Made by a program: the position numbers and the translations under genes. From IMG/VR virus record IMGVR_UViG_3300030202_003282, positions 32,001 to 96,000 of that record: DNA of 64,000 bases; one strand, given 5' to 3'. Source of the stretch: a virus. Of the stretch, positions 63,353 to 64,000 are shown in pieces. The notes below the pieces were generated by a model. That model saw nothing but the letters and a program-made list of their open reading frames with translations, did no database searches and was not told the origin of the DNA. The stretch's first letter is position 1. Every line of letters starts with the position of its first letter.

Positions 63353-63625
63353 CTAATCTTGATCATAAAAATCAGCATCATTTAACTTGTCAGCTTCATC
63401 TAGTTCATCCAATCTAGGCTCATATTCATGTTTTTCTTCTTGAGCTTCAATTGTATCAGACTTAGTTGACGATCTTTTAGCAAAACTAAAAGCATTAGGA
63501 TTGTGACAATCACTAGTATAAGCAGATCCCAAACCATTTAATTCATTTATCTCCTCTTCACTCATAGAGAGAAATTGTTCAAGAGATAATTCAATAATTC
63601 TTCCGTTTGGTAATTGATAAATCAT
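63353..63625 (-). CDS. Small acidic hypothetical protein
   Basis: 90 aa, MIYQLPNGRIIELSLEQFL... Confidence 0.65.
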   Translation of the reverse strand: MIYQLPNGRIIELSLEQFLSMSEEEINELNGLGSAYTSDCHNPNAFSFAKRSSTKSDTIEAQEEKHEYEPRLDELDEADKLNDADFYDQD

Positions 63626-63730
63626 TTGTTAAAAAATAATTTTAAAAATAATTAAATCTTTACACTTTATACGGATAAAAAATTTTAAATGTTTAGGATT
63701 TGTAAAAATAAATAGCATAACTATAGCTAT

Positions 63731-63979
63731 CTACACTAAAAAGATTTTTCCATTTGATCTTTTAATGTATTTATGGTCTTTTAATTCAGCTATTTTTCTT
63801 GAAACAGTGCGTTGACTAACATCTGCTAAATCAGCAATAGTGCTGATAGATGGATAACAACTCCTGTTTTTGTCTGCAAATAAACAAAGTATAGCATATA
63901 TACCTTTTGCTTGCAATGTTATACTTGGATCAGACATGACTTTATAAGAAATTATACCAAATCTAACTTTCTTCCCCAT
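63731..63979 (-). CDS. Helix-turn-helix protein (HTH_36-like)
   Basis: AKGIYAIL...CYPSISTIADLADVSQRTVSRKIAEL. Confidence 0.8.
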   Translation of the reverse strand: MGKKVRFGIISYKVMSDPSITLQAKGIYAILCLFADKNRSCYPSISTIADLADVSQRTVSRKIAELKDHKYIKRSNGKIFLV

Positions 63980-64000
63980 TAGTGAGAAATTTAAAAGGCA

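Noticed and set aside
1-64000. Stop-codon reassignment (seen in some crAss-like clades)
   Set aside because: Genes up to 16 kb are intact under the standard code, and TAG/TGA terminate genes at sensible boundaries.

Overview
An AT-rich, densely coding 64 kb segment of a lytic dsDNA phage genome, read in the standard genetic code. Gene content and Bacteroidota-type TAnnTTTG promoter boxes point to a crAss-like / Cellulophaga phi14:2-like virus of Bacteroidota (host assignment is inference). From 1 to 29.5 kb (+) are four very large putative virion/ejection proteins, including a 5444-aa polyprotein with a zincin HExxH motif and a virion RNA polymerase core (RIPSQ...GADFDID...TDNAKE). A class II ribonucleotide reductase lies at 29.9-31.8 kb (-). 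From 32.2 to 36.9 kb (+) are small membrane and basic proteins, a collagen-like fibre and a 3TM holin. From 36.9 to 64 kb (almost all -) are replication and accessory genes: PolB, primase, DnaB-like helicase, SSB candidates, a Sak4-like ATPase, nucleases, a resolvase, MazG, a HAD phosphatase, an SPL-like radical SAM enzyme and an SF2 helicase. The most notable observations are five. (i) A MoxR-like AAA+ / VWA-metallopeptidase operon is flanked by four proteins sharing a helical motif; two are BRCT-like and one ends in an SSB-type DDLPF tail. (ii) An A-x-x-G-x-E-[LVI] peptide is shared by unrelated + strand proteins. (iii) A direct-repeat-flanked Macro-like cassette sits inside the vRNAP polyprotein. 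(iv) Several intergenic RNA structures are strand-biased and multi-stem. (v) PolB carries a beta-clamp motif. All family assignments come from motif recognition by eye; no database searches were run.
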